Both the position numbers and the translations under genes were made by a program. This document shows, piece after piece, positions 1 through 8,318 of a DNA stretch of 44,483 bases (the first letter of the stretch is position 1; every line of letters begins with the position of its first letter). The stretch lies in the IMG/VR virus record IMGVR_UViG_3300032257_000028, positions 1 through 44,483 of that record, one strand, 5' to 3'. The notes beneath the pieces are model-generated. The model did no database searches, was not told the origin of the DNA, and saw only the letters and a list, made by a program, of their open reading frames with translations. This DNA is from a virus (lineage: Duplodnaviria; Caudoviricetes).

Positions 1-221
1 TAGAGACGACCTTAGGGGTGCCACAGTGGCACGGGGGGGGTGCCACAGTGGCACGGGGGGGGTGCCACAGTGGCACACGGAAGGGCCCAGTGACGGGCCC
101 AGTGAAGTGGTAGCTCCCCCCAACCCCCTCACCTGCGGTGAGGGGGAGCTGAACGACATCGTGCTCACTCGGGTTGCCCGAGAGAGCCTCCGGGCTGCCG
201 GCATCACTTCGCTCGGCGATC
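1..221. repeat. Terminal direct repeat (other copy at 44263-44483); indicates a circular or circularly permuted assembly
   Basis: 1-221 matches 44263-44483 except one mismatch (C94 vs A44356). Confidence 0.95.
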
Positions 222-349
222 TCGCCGAGCAAGCGACGCAGTCCGGCTTGCGGCGCCTTCCCGGCATCGGCCGCAAGACTGCGTTGAGACTGGCGCAGGC
301 TGTCGAATCAGCAGGGCTGAACCTCCAGCCAGAACCGAGGCGATTATGA
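2..349 (+). CDS. C-terminal part of the replication initiator (joins 43916-44262 across the junction); ends in an RNAP alpha-CTD-like helix-hairpin-helix domain
   Basis: In frame with GTG 43916 across the repeat. LTRVARESLRAAGITSLGDL...LRRLPGIGRKTALRLAQAVESAGLNL follows the RpoA alpha-CTD pattern. Confidence 0.75.
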   Translation, partial: RDDLRGATVARGGCHSGTGGVPQWHTEGPSDGPSEVVAPPNPLTCGEGELNDIVLTRVARESLRAAGITSLGDLAEQATQSGLRRLPGIGRKTALRLAQAVESAGLNLQPEPRRL

Positions 350-750
350 CCGTTCGAGGCCCGTGGAAGCTCGTTCGGTCTGGCGCCAGATGGCGCTTGT
401 TCGAGGGCGATCTGGAGCTCACCGGGCAGTTCGGCCCGATGCGTTTCGACGCCGTCGTCGGCATCGTGCCGCTGCTCGGGGCTCCTGCCTCGACCAGCGT
501 TGCAATGCTTCGGCAAATCAAGGAGGAAAGGGCGGCTATCGCCCGAGACTACGCCAGGCTGTGGCTTGCAGCCTGGCGCTCTGCCGGCCGAGGAGAGGCA
601 TACCCGTTCGATGCGGACCACGACCCCGCCCGACTGCATCTCATCGCCGAGAAGTTCGAGCCTGAACCTGCCAAACAGGCATTCGGGCAACACATCACCA
701 CGAACCCGGACGCCACCATCGCGGCGTTCGTCGAGGAGCTATCCGGATGA
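346..750 (+). CDS. Hypothetical protein
   Basis: 134-aa ORF with ATGA overlaps on both sides. Confidence 0.7.
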   Translation: MTVRGPWKLVRSGARWRLFEGDLELTGQFGPMRFDAVVGIVPLLGAPASTSVAMLRQIKEERAAIARDYARLWLAAWRSAGRGEAYPFDADHDPARLHLIAEKFEPEPAKQAFGQHITTNPDATIAAFVEELSG

Positions 751-1337
751 CCGTTCATCCCGTTTTGTTCGACCACGATTCGGTCGAGAATGAAGGCCAA
801 AACCGTGGCTTCGAGCCATGGCAAGCGCTGTATATCGTCGTCCCCGGCAAGCCAACCGGGGCCGCTCGACCTCGGGTCGTTCGTCGCCGAGATGGCGGTG
901 TGATGACCCACATGCCCGACAACAGCGTCCGCTGGGAGGAGCGCTGTCGCCAGCTCGCCGCCGCTGCTTGGGCGGATGAGCTTCCGCTCGACGAGCCCAT
1001 CCGAGTGGTGATCCGGTCGGTCCACGGTCGCCCTCGGAAGCTGATTCCCAAGCGCCTCGGTGGCACGCTCACCGGGCCTGGTGAAGTCCGGATGCAAGCG
1101 GAGCTTGGTGGAGTGTTCGACCGTGTGCCGTGCCAGAGCAAACCCGACATCGACAACATCGCGAAGCTGTGCATGGACGCCTTGGTCAAGGCCGGCGTGA
1201 TGCGCGACGACACCCGAGTCGTCGAGCTCGCCTGCTCGAAGGTCTACCAGGCCATCGGCCAGGCTGTTGGCCAGACCGATCTCCCTGGCGTCGAAATAGA
1301 GGTATGGACTCTGATGCCGCCGAAGGAGGACTCGTGA
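747..1337 (+). CDS. rusA: RusA-family Holliday junction resolvase
   Basis: VPGKP..ARPR, KPDIDNIAKLCMDAL and DDTRVVEL motifs. Confidence 0.92.
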   Translation: MTVHPVLFDHDSVENEGQNRGFEPWQALYIVVPGKPTGAARPRVVRRRDGGVMTHMPDNSVRWEERCRQLAAAAWADELPLDEPIRVVIRSVHGRPRKLIPKRLGGTLTGPGEVRMQAELGGVFDRVPCQSKPDIDNIAKLCMDALVKAGVMRDDTRVVELACSKVYQAIGQAVGQTDLPGVEIEVWTLMPPKEDS

Positions 1338-1834
1338 AGGTCTACATCGCATCGAGCCTCGGAAATGTTGCCACCGTGCAACGACTCCGGGACCTGCTCG
1401 TGAGCCTCGGCCACGAGATCACCCACGACTGGACCGTGGTGGAGCCTGGCCACGCCAACGACCCTCGGGCCGCCGAGCATCCGGGGTTTCCTGACTCGAC
1501 TGATCCGATATCGATCACGCTCGAGGACCGTGCGGATGCCGACATCGAGGGCGTGGTGTCTGCCGATGCGCTCATCGCCATCCTGCCCGGCGGCGTGGGC
1601 ACCCACACCGAGCTCGGGGCCGCCCTGGGCTGGAACCGGTGCGCGGGCGACAGCTACGGGAAAGAGCCCATCAAGGTCTTCCTGTGGGCAGCTGGCGGGC
1701 TCGACGCCTACATCGCGCCGGGTGGCTATCCCTGCGCGTTCTGGCTCGCGCCGTGTGTGCACCTGGTCGACGGGGACGCGGCGGACATGCTGGCGGCGTT
1801 CGAGTTCTGGGCGAAGCAGAAGGGGGCGTCATGA
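1334..1834 (+). CDS. Nucleoside 2-deoxyribosyltransferase-like protein
   Basis: GTG start after AGGAGG; KVYIASS, DIEGVVSADALIAILP and GTHTELGAALG motifs. Confidence 0.85.
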   Translation: MKVYIASSLGNVATVQRLRDLLVSLGHEITHDWTVVEPGHANDPRAAEHPGFPDSTDPISITLEDRADADIEGVVSADALIAILPGGVGTHTELGAALGWNRCAGDSYGKEPIKVFLWAAGGLDAYIAPGGYPCAFWLAPCVHLVDGDAADMLAAFEFWAKQKGAS

Positions 1835-1876
1835 GCGCCCCAGGGAGATGACCGAGTAAGGCCGGACCATACGGGC

Positions 1877-1918
1877 TATAATGCCTATGAGGATTAGTGA
1901 TGTTTTGGGATTCACTAA
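1877..1918 (+). promoter_or_regulatory. Putative -10 box plus inverted repeat ahead of the lower-GC cassette
   Basis: TATAAT at 1877-1882; TTAGTGA(1894-1900)-N11-TCACTAA(1912-1918). No good -35. Confidence 0.4.
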
Positions 1919-2024
1919 CAGATCAGCAACGAGAAGGGGCCCGGCTCGCGTCTCGAGGCGCACGACCATCCGAGGTAGCCAGAACGCTCGGGGCATGGGA
2001 GTGTGAGTGCGTTGGGTATGAGAA

Positions 2025-2546
2025 GTGAGACGCATACATCGGAGATCGCGGACCACGGCAACAACGAGACTTGGTGCTGCGCGAGATATTTTTGATGGGT
2101 TCAGTCATGGCGATCGGGTGATTGCCCTGGTTGGTGGGACGGCGTCGATGATGGACGTGGTCACATCGGCTGTTGAGGTCACCGGGCCGGCGAGTCTTGA
2201 ACTTGGGACGTGGACTATCAGCATTGATGATGTCCGCACCATTGCTTGGATGCTGGAGAACGGCGATCTCACCAGGGTTAAGGTTTTGGTTGATCGGTCG
2301 TTCCGCTCGTTCCGCTCGTACTATTCGGCTCTTATAGAGCTGCTCGGTCGTGACAGCGTGATTGAGACACGGACCCACGCGAAGTTCGCGATCTTGCGTA
2401 ATAATGCGTGGAATGTGGCAATCAGGTCGTCTATGAACGCGAACAAGAACACGAGATGGGAACAGGTAGACGTGGATGATGATGCAGGCATATGTGACCT
2501 GTTTTCAGCCCATATAGACGCATTAACAGGGAAAAGGAGCGCATAA
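2025..2546 (+). CDS. Phospholipase D-like (HxK) nuclease-fold protein
   Basis: THAKFAIL...IRSSMNAN...RWEQ matches the single-domain PLD HxK/GSxN/E pattern. Start uncertain. Confidence 0.7.
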   Translation: MRRIHRRSRTTATTRLGAARDIFDGFSHGDRVIALVGGTASMMDVVTSAVEVTGPASLELGTWTISIDDVRTIAWMLENGDLTRVKVLVDRSFRSFRSYYSALIELLGRDSVIETRTHAKFAILRNNAWNVAIRSSMNANKNTRWEQVDVDDDAGICDLFSAHIDALTGKRSA

Positions 2547-2547
2547 A

Positions 2548-3120
2548 ATGCAGTCTCGTATGAAATGGATGAATGTTGGCGATCTGGTTCCGTGGAAGGA
2601 GAATCCTCGGAAAAACGAGCTGGCTGTTGGGCCGGTTGCCGAGTCGATCAAGGAGCTTGGATTCGGGGCTCCGATCCTCGCCAGAAAAGACGGGCTACAT
2701 GTCATCGCTGGGCACACGCGGCTCAAGGCCGCCAAACGGATCGGCCTGAAGAAGGTTCCGGTCGTGCTGCTGGATGTAGACGAGCGCCAGGCGAAGAAGT
2801 TGGCGCTCGCCGATAATCGTCTTGGGGAAATTTCGTCGTGGGACAACGACGGCTTGCGAGCTTTACTCGAGGAGCTCGATAGCGACGGGGAGGACATCGG
2901 CGTTCTCGGATGGTCCGGAAGCGATATCGACAAGCTGTTCGGGGAGATCGACCACTCACTCATGGAGTGGGACGACGGTGATCTTGAGAGTGCTGAACAG
3001 ATAGTCGTTCTGCTGCACACACCGTTCTCGAGCGCGACCAGGATCAGGAAGATGCTCGAAGACGCAGGGATGGTCTACGACCTTCATCTACGGTTCGAGG
3101 ATGGAGGCCAGAAACCATGA
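2548..3120 (+). CDS. ParB/Srx N-terminal domain protein (no HTH seen)
   Basis: NPRKN...SIKELGFGAPIL...VIAGHTRLKAA...LALADNR. Confidence 0.9.
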   Translation: MQSRMKWMNVGDLVPWKENPRKNELAVGPVAESIKELGFGAPILARKDGLHVIAGHTRLKAAKRIGLKKVPVVLLDVDERQAKKLALADNRLGEISSWDNDGLRALLEELDSDGEDIGVLGWSGSDIDKLFGEIDHSLMEWDDGDLESAEQIVVLLHTPFSSATRIRKMLEDAGMVYDLHLRFEDGGQKP

Positions 3121-3701
3121 AGGTCCACAACTCTAAGACGGCCCGGAAAGTCAGCCTCCGCCAAAAGATCGTGGGGGGCATGGGCGCGCTGAAGGTGCTC
3201 GAGCTGTACGCTGGGCCAGGTGAAATGAGACATCAAGCGTGGGTGGATGCCAACAAAGTCACCGGAATAGACGCCGATATGAGGAGCGTTGCGGAGTACC
3301 AAGGCGACACATGCAGGACACTGCGCCACATCGACTTCACCGAGTACAATGTCTTTGATGCGGACGCGTTCGGCGTCCCGTGGGAGCCGGTATGGCTAAT
3401 ATCAAGGAAGTCCGGGGCTTTGCCAGACGACATCGCGGTCTTCATCACGGCAGGCGGGGCGGTTACTTCAATGGCGGGGACATTCCGAAAGGCAGGATGG
3501 TCGCGCCAGATGTGCGACGCGCTTTGCGTCCGGCCAGGAGACCCAATCAAGGGACTGTACGGCAAGAAAGCATCCGCGAATACGGCGGCCAGAATGGTCG
3601 CCGCGTTCTTCGCGGACAGGGAGATCACGAAGGCAGCCTCCGCAGTCGGGGGCGCCTCCGGAGGCACGCTCTACGCGGGCTTTCGGCTCTCAAAGAGGTA
3701 G
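3117..3701 (+). CDS. SAM-dependent methyltransferase-fold protein (TcmP-like)
   Basis: Motif I VLELYAGPG, GIDAD, and FDADAFGVPW (DxDPFG-like); neighbours a DUF5131 gene. Confidence 0.6.
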   Translation: MKVHNSKTARKVSLRQKIVGGMGALKVLELYAGPGEMRHQAWVDANKVTGIDADMRSVAEYQGDTCRTLRHIDFTEYNVFDADAFGVPWEPVWLISRKSGALPDDIAVFITAGGAVTSMAGTFRKAGWSRQMCDALCVRPGDPIKGLYGKKASANTAARMVAAFFADREITKAASAVGGASGGTLYAGFRLSKR

Positions 3702-4540
3702 CCTGCCTTTGCGGCAGGTTTGCCTCCGAGCAACGGCATCTGATGCCAGAGTTTACCTTCGAGGGTGGCAAGTTTGCCACCCCTCTTGATCGCCTTGGTG
3801 GTCCCGCGGCCGCCATGCTGTTTGTGGAAAAATGGGATGCCAGCCGCAAGGCAGGCGTCGCGAAGCTCCTCGAACCACTGAATCTCGGCGGGTCGGGCAT
3901 GGTGTCCAGCCTCACCGCCGGAGATCACCCATCCGATCTCGGCATGAGTCAGTTCTTCCGCCAGGCCAGCAACGCCGGTCGGCGGGAGAAGGCTGCCAAG
4001 GAGTGGCTCGCACGACAGCATCCGGATGGTCTGCCGGTCGCCGGCCATCGCCAGTCCATCCAGCCGAGGGTAAATCTTCTTCGTTCCATCGATGACCTCC
4101 CTCGATTCGATGGATGTACCGGGAAGCACGTTCCCCGGCCATCTACCGTACTCGGCGATGACCTGGTGACTAATGCTCATCCAGCGATCGGGGCGCTTGG
4201 TCAGCACCTGGTACGTGTGCCGAGGCGTCTCGGCCATGGTCTTGAACACGCTGAGAATGAACCCGTCTGGGACAAGAGGATGGAGCAGATCGCTCATCGA
4301 ATTGACGAATACCAGGCGGGGCTTCCGCCACCGCCTCGGCTCGTCGACCTTGTCCGGATGCAGCGTCACATTGAACCCGTTCTTGTACCGAGGATTGCCC
4401 ATCGCCTCCAGGCGACGGGCAAGAGCTGCTGCATAGCAGTGCTTGCAGCCCTGCGAAATCTTCGTGCAACCCGTTACCGGGTTCCACGTTTTATCAGTCC
4501 ATTCAATGCCGCTGAACTCGTCTTTCTCGTTTCTCATCAT
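3671..4540 (-). CDS. DUF5131 / phage Gp37Gp68 radical SAM-like protein
   Basis: IEWTDKTWNPVTGCTKISQGCKHCYA, FVNSMSDL, QVLTKRP, SCEPLLG, WVISGGE, FFHKQ; GAGG RBS before ATG 4540. Confidence 0.93.
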   Translation of the reverse strand: MMRNEKDEFSGIEWTDKTWNPVTGCTKISQGCKHCYAAALARRLEAMGNPRYKNGFNVTLHPDKVDEPRRWRKPRLVFVNSMSDLLHPLVPDGFILSVFKTMAETPRHTYQVLTKRPDRWMSISHQVIAEYGRWPGNVLPGTSIESREVIDGTKKIYPRLDGLAMAGDRQTIRMLSCEPLLGSLLPPTGVAGLAEELTHAEIGWVISGGEAGHHARPAEIQWFEELRDACLAAGIPFFHKQHGGRGTTKAIKRGGKLATLEGKLWHQMPLLGGKPAAKAGYLFESRKPA

Positions 4541-4595
4541 GCACCTCTTGTTACTCAATAAGTATAACACTAACTGTTGGCTTTGGAGGCTGATA
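4541..4595. promoter_or_regulatory. AT-rich divergent promoter region between DUF5131 and terS
   Basis: Extended -10 TGtTATACT on the - strand; TATAAC on the + strand. Confidence 0.5.
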
Positions 4596-5012
4596 ATGGG
4601 CTGTAAAACGCTTTACACGGAGGAAAGGATAGGGCGGCTTTTGCAGGCTATAAAGCTCGGTGCAACCTACCAAATGGCCTGCAAGTTTGCGGGGTTCTCT
4701 TACCGGGCGTTTCGGGGATGGATGAAGGACGCCGAGGACAATCCAGAAACGTCGAAGTACAGAGGCCTTCCGGAGAGGGTCCGTGATGCGGAAGGCGCCG
4801 CTTGTGTTCGATGGCTTGGGCAGATCGAGAAGGCATCGTCGTCGGATTGGAAGGCTGCCGCATGGAAGCTCGAGCGCAGGTATCCGGGCGACTTCGGAAA
4901 ACGGGCTGTCGAGTTCTCTGGGCCGGGTGGCGGCCCGATACAAATCGAGAAGATGCCCGGTGAAGATGACGCGATTGCGAAGTTGATTCGGCGACTTGAG
5001 GGTGAGAACTGA
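4596..5012 (+). CDS. terS: Terminase small subunit
   Basis: N-terminal HTH, WKAAAWKLERRYP and SGPGGGPIQ; GGAGG RBS; directly upstream of terL. Confidence 0.8.
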   Translation: MGCKTLYTEERIGRLLQAIKLGATYQMACKFAGFSYRAFRGWMKDAEDNPETSKYRGLPERVRDAEGAACVRWLGQIEKASSSDWKAAAWKLERRYPGDFGKRAVEFSGPGGGPIQIEKMPGEDDAIAKLIRRLEGEN

Positions 5013-6748
5013 CTGTTCACTTTGATCTCGATGCGTACGACGCGAGTACCTTGTTCATCGCGGAGACATCCCGACGTTCGTTTGCGGTTGGGCTCCGCGA
5101 TCTTCCAAGCGTAGACCGAGAGACGTATCTCAGAGGGAGGTGCCGTTGGCGGGTTGACGAGTTCGCCGATCTCGTGATGCGGCAGGCGCTCGAGCGGATC
5201 GGGCCGGTCTCGGATCCCAACGACATCGACGACTTCATCTATGGCCTCCCTCCAGGGCGAGCTGGACGCCGCAAGAGCACGACCCAGCGACTGCTGATGA
5301 CCGGCCGCGGGGTCGGTAAGACGACCCGGCTGAAGATCCGAGCTCTCCATGGGCTGCTGTTCGGCTGCACGCGGGTCGCGGTCGCTATTGGCGCGTCGGA
5401 TGACGAGGCGATCGGGTGGGTGGACACCATCCGGGGTTGGCTCGAAGCGGATTTGCCAGTGTTGTCGGCAATGTTTCCAGAGCTAATGTTCAGCGCGTCG
5501 AAGAAGAAGATCGCGGTCACGACACGATTCGGCACCTCGTTCCTTCTGGCTCGGTCCTTCACTGGCGCCATGCGCGGGATGAACGTGCAGGGCCGCCGCC
5601 CGGACGCGATCTACCTCGACGACATCGAAGGCGAGGACAAGTCGATCACGGTGAAGGCCCGGGATCGCAACCAGATCCGCCTCACGAAGAAGGTGCTCCC
5701 GCTGGTCCCGCTCGAGGGCGGCGCCGAGATCTGGTGGGTGCAGACCCCGGTCAACTACGACTGCGTCGCGGTGAGGGCGTTCAAGGGAGAGGAGGAGCTT
5801 CGCGGCTGGACATGCCGCCGCGTCCGGGTGGTCAAGAGGTGGCCCGAGTGCGACCCGAAGGGGAGGGCAAGCGCGGGGCTCTGGGCCGAGAACAAGGCGA
5901 TCTACTTCGATGTCGACACCTACGGCGAGGACCAGGACGCCCGGACCGAGGCTGCCCACGAGCACTACGTCGAGCACCAGGACGAGATGGACGCCGGGTG
6001 CATCGTGCTCGACCCTGTCCGGATGCCCATCGACGCGGCGTACCGAAAGCGCTGGGACGTGGGCGAGACTGCGTGGGCGACCGAGTACGAGATCGATATC
6101 CGTGCACCCGGCGCAGGTGTTTTCGAGCCCGACACCTGGCCGCGGTACACGTGGGTGGGCGAGGACCGGGACATCCTCCGGCTGCATGGCCGCGAGCTCC
6201 CTGTCCGAGGGATGCAGCTCTCCGCTCACTACGACCCGAGCGATGGAGGGGACGACGGGGCGCTCGTCATCGTCGGCAAGCTGCGCGGTCGGTACTACGT
6301 GCTCGACGTGCACCTGTGGGAAGGGGCAAGGCTCTCCCAACAGATCGCAGCGATCCCGGATGCGCTCCGGCATTGGGTGAACCTCGGGCTGAGGTCGCTC
6401 CAGTGGGAGCCCACCACGGGCTCGGCGTCGGTCGTCGAGCGGGAGATCGCGACCCGCCTTCGGGAGGCCGGGGTGTCCGTGGCGATTGACCGCAAGCACA
6501 GCACGGAGCGGAAGGAGTCCCGCATCGTGGCGACGCTCGAGCCCAAGGCTTCCGGTGGTCTGCTCGCGGTGTCCGAGGGGTTCCAGTCGCGCCACGAGGC
6601 CCAGATCGCGGACTTCAACGCTGGCCAGCGTGACAACAGAGACGACCTGCTGGACGCGCTTCAACGGTCGATCGAACGCCTGGAGGCTGTCGATGGGGAG
6701 ATCGACGCAACGACCGCGGCGACAGCGCTGCGACGAGCGGGCTGGTAG
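5009..6748 (+). CDS. terL: Terminase large subunit (start may be CTG 5009 or TTG 5051)
   Basis: Walker A GRGVGKTT, Walker B IYLDDIE, nuclease YDPS...D and RDDLLDAL. Confidence 0.92.
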   Translation: MTVHFDLDAYDASTLFIAETSRRSFAVGLRDLPSVDRETYLRGRCRWRVDEFADLVMRQALERIGPVSDPNDIDDFIYGLPPGRAGRRKSTTQRLLMTGRGVGKTTRLKIRALHGLLFGCTRVAVAIGASDDEAIGWVDTIRGWLEADLPVLSAMFPELMFSASKKKIAVTTRFGTSFLLARSFTGAMRGMNVQGRRPDAIYLDDIEGEDKSITVKARDRNQIRLTKKVLPLVPLEGGAEIWWVQTPVNYDCVAVRAFKGEEELRGWTCRRVRVVKRWPECDPKGRASAGLWAENKAIYFDVDTYGEDQDARTEAAHEHYVEHQDEMDAGCIVLDPVRMPIDAAYRKRWDVGETAWATEYEIDIRAPGAGVFEPDTWPRYTWVGEDRDILRLHGRELPVRGMQLSAHYDPSDGGDDGALVIVGKLRGRYYVLDVHLWEGARLSQQIAAIPDALRHWVNLGLRSLQWEPTTGSASVVEREIATRLREAGVSVAIDRKHSTERKESRIVATLEPKASGGLLAVSEGFQSRHEAQIADFNAGQRDNRDDLLDALQRSIERLEAVDGEIDATTAATALRRAGW

Positions 6749-6803
6749 GATAAGGTCGATCTGACTTGTTGTTCAGGTCACAACGACCGCATCGAGGTAA
6801 CAC

Positions 6804-8318
6804 ATGGCTTTTCGGCTCGACTCCATCGCGAACGCTGTGGGGAGCTTCGTCAACTCCGTCGCCGAGGGGATGGGCTTCGGCGTCCACGACCAGGGCCGGC
6901 AGCTCGACACCTGGCAATGGCTGACTCGGTCCGGCATTGCGCACCGTGTGGTTTGGGGCCCGCCTGAAGATGCTCTCGCGCACGGATGGCGGACCGTCGC
7001 CGGCGACGACGTGAAGGACATCACGGAAAAGCTCGACTCCGAGCTGTCCCTCCAGGAGATTGCGATCGATGCACTGGGCGCCGCCCGCATCGACGGCGGG
7101 GCCTATGTGTGGCCTGTCACCGACGGCGACGAGTGGAGCGAGCCTATCGACCTCTCGCAGCCGCACTCGATCACAGCGGTGCACGTGATCGAGAAGGACG
7201 AGATGTCTCCCAGGAGCTGGGACCTCGACCCGGGGAGCCCGTCGTTCGGTCTGCCGACCACCTGGAGCGTGACGCTCATGCGTGGGAGCCAGAGCATGCA
7301 CGAGGTCGTGCATACGTCGCGGCTCGCCTACGTGCCCGGCAGCCAGGCGACGCAGAAGCAGCGGGCGGACAACGACGGATTCGGAGTGTCGACTCTCGGC
7401 CTGTACCTGGCGGCCCTCGATGACCTCGAGCGGGCATGGAGCTCGTCCGCGACGCTCGTCTCTCGACTGTCGATTTGGTGGGTGCGGATCAAGGGGGCGG
7501 CGGCGGTGGCCACCGGCAGCGAGGAGGACGTGCTCACCACTCGGCTCGGCCAGATCAAGCGCTTCGTCTCTACGCGCTCGCTCGTGCCGCTGTTCAACGA
7601 CGACGAGATGGGCTGGTCCGGGCCCACGGTCTCCGGCATCCGAGACCTCGTCAACGCGCTCGCGGAGCGTGCCAGCGCTGTGGAAGGAATCCCGCTCTCC
7701 AGGCTATTTGGGACTCCACCTGGTGGACTGTCCACGGATGACGCTGCCGGTCAGCGGTCCTATGGGGCGCTGCTCTCCCGCATCCGCGAGAGCAAGATCA
7801 CGCCGGCTTTGCTGTTCATCTACGCGGTCGCGATGGGCTCGGATGCATCTCGCCGGATCGAATGGCCCCAGCTCGACAAGCCGACAGCGAAGGAGGCCGC
7901 GGAGGTGTCGCTGCTCAACGCCCAACGCGATGCTGTGCTCGTCACGCAGATCGGAGCCGTCACCGATGACGAGGTCCGGGCCCGCTTCGGGTGCGAGCAG
8001 GAGCGCCCGCTACCCGTGCTCGATGCGGCGAACGACGTAGCGCCGGCGTCGATGGATGAGCCCAGCGCACCCGTCGGGCTGCAAGTGCCGTCGGCTGCGG
8101 CAGGGAAGGTCCAAGACACGGCGATGAATGGGGCCCAAATCGCCGGAATGCTCGACATTCAGCGCGCCGTCGCCACCAAGGAGATCACGCTGCCCATGGG
8201 TGTCGCGGCGATGATGCGGGCCTTCCAGATGGACCGCGCTGTCGCAGAGGGTCTGTTCGCGGGCTCCGACACCATCGAACCCCAGGACGCGAATGCCACG
8301 CCGATTACGACCGCGTAA
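6804..8318 (+). CDS. Portal protein (DUF1073-like)
   Basis: Follows terL; ARIDGGA, VHTSRL, GIPLSRLFGTPPGGL. Confidence 0.85.
   Translation: MAFRLDSIANAVGSFVNSVAEGMGFGVHDQGRQLDTWQWLTRSGIAHRVVWGPPEDALAHGWRTVAGDDVKDITEKLDSELSLQEIAIDALGAARIDGGAYVWPVTDGDEWSEPIDLSQPHSITAVHVIEKDEMSPRSWDLDPGSPSFGLPTTWSVTLMRGSQSMHEVVHTSRLAYVPGSQATQKQRADNDGFGVSTLGLYLAALDDLERAWSSSATLVSRLSIWWVRIKGAAAVATGSEEDVLTTRLGQIKRFVSTRSLVPLFNDDEMGWSGPTVSGIRDLVNALAERASAVEGIPLSRLFGTPPGGLSTDDAAGQRSYGALLSRIRESKITPALLFIYAVAMGSDASRRIEWPQLDKPTAKEAAEVSLLNAQRDAVLVTQIGAVTDDEVRARFGCEQERPLPVLDAANDVAPASMDEPSAPVGLQVPSAAAGKVQDTAMNGAQIAGMLDIQRAVATKEITLPMGVAAMMRAFQMDRAVAEGLFAGSDTIEPQDANATPITTA

Noticed and set aside
15-80. TGGCAC as a sigma54 -24 box (also considered for the TGGCAA palindromes)
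   Set aside because: No TTGC at the required -12 spacing; the palindromic symmetry fits dimeric protein binding better.
3380-4561. 393-aa + strand ORF
   Set aside because: Antisense to the clearly recognisable DUF5131 gene.
6804-8318. Anti-CBASS Acb1 label often attached to DUF1073 proteins
   Set aside because: Position and motifs fit a portal; no HxT/HxT 2H-phosphoesterase domain seen.
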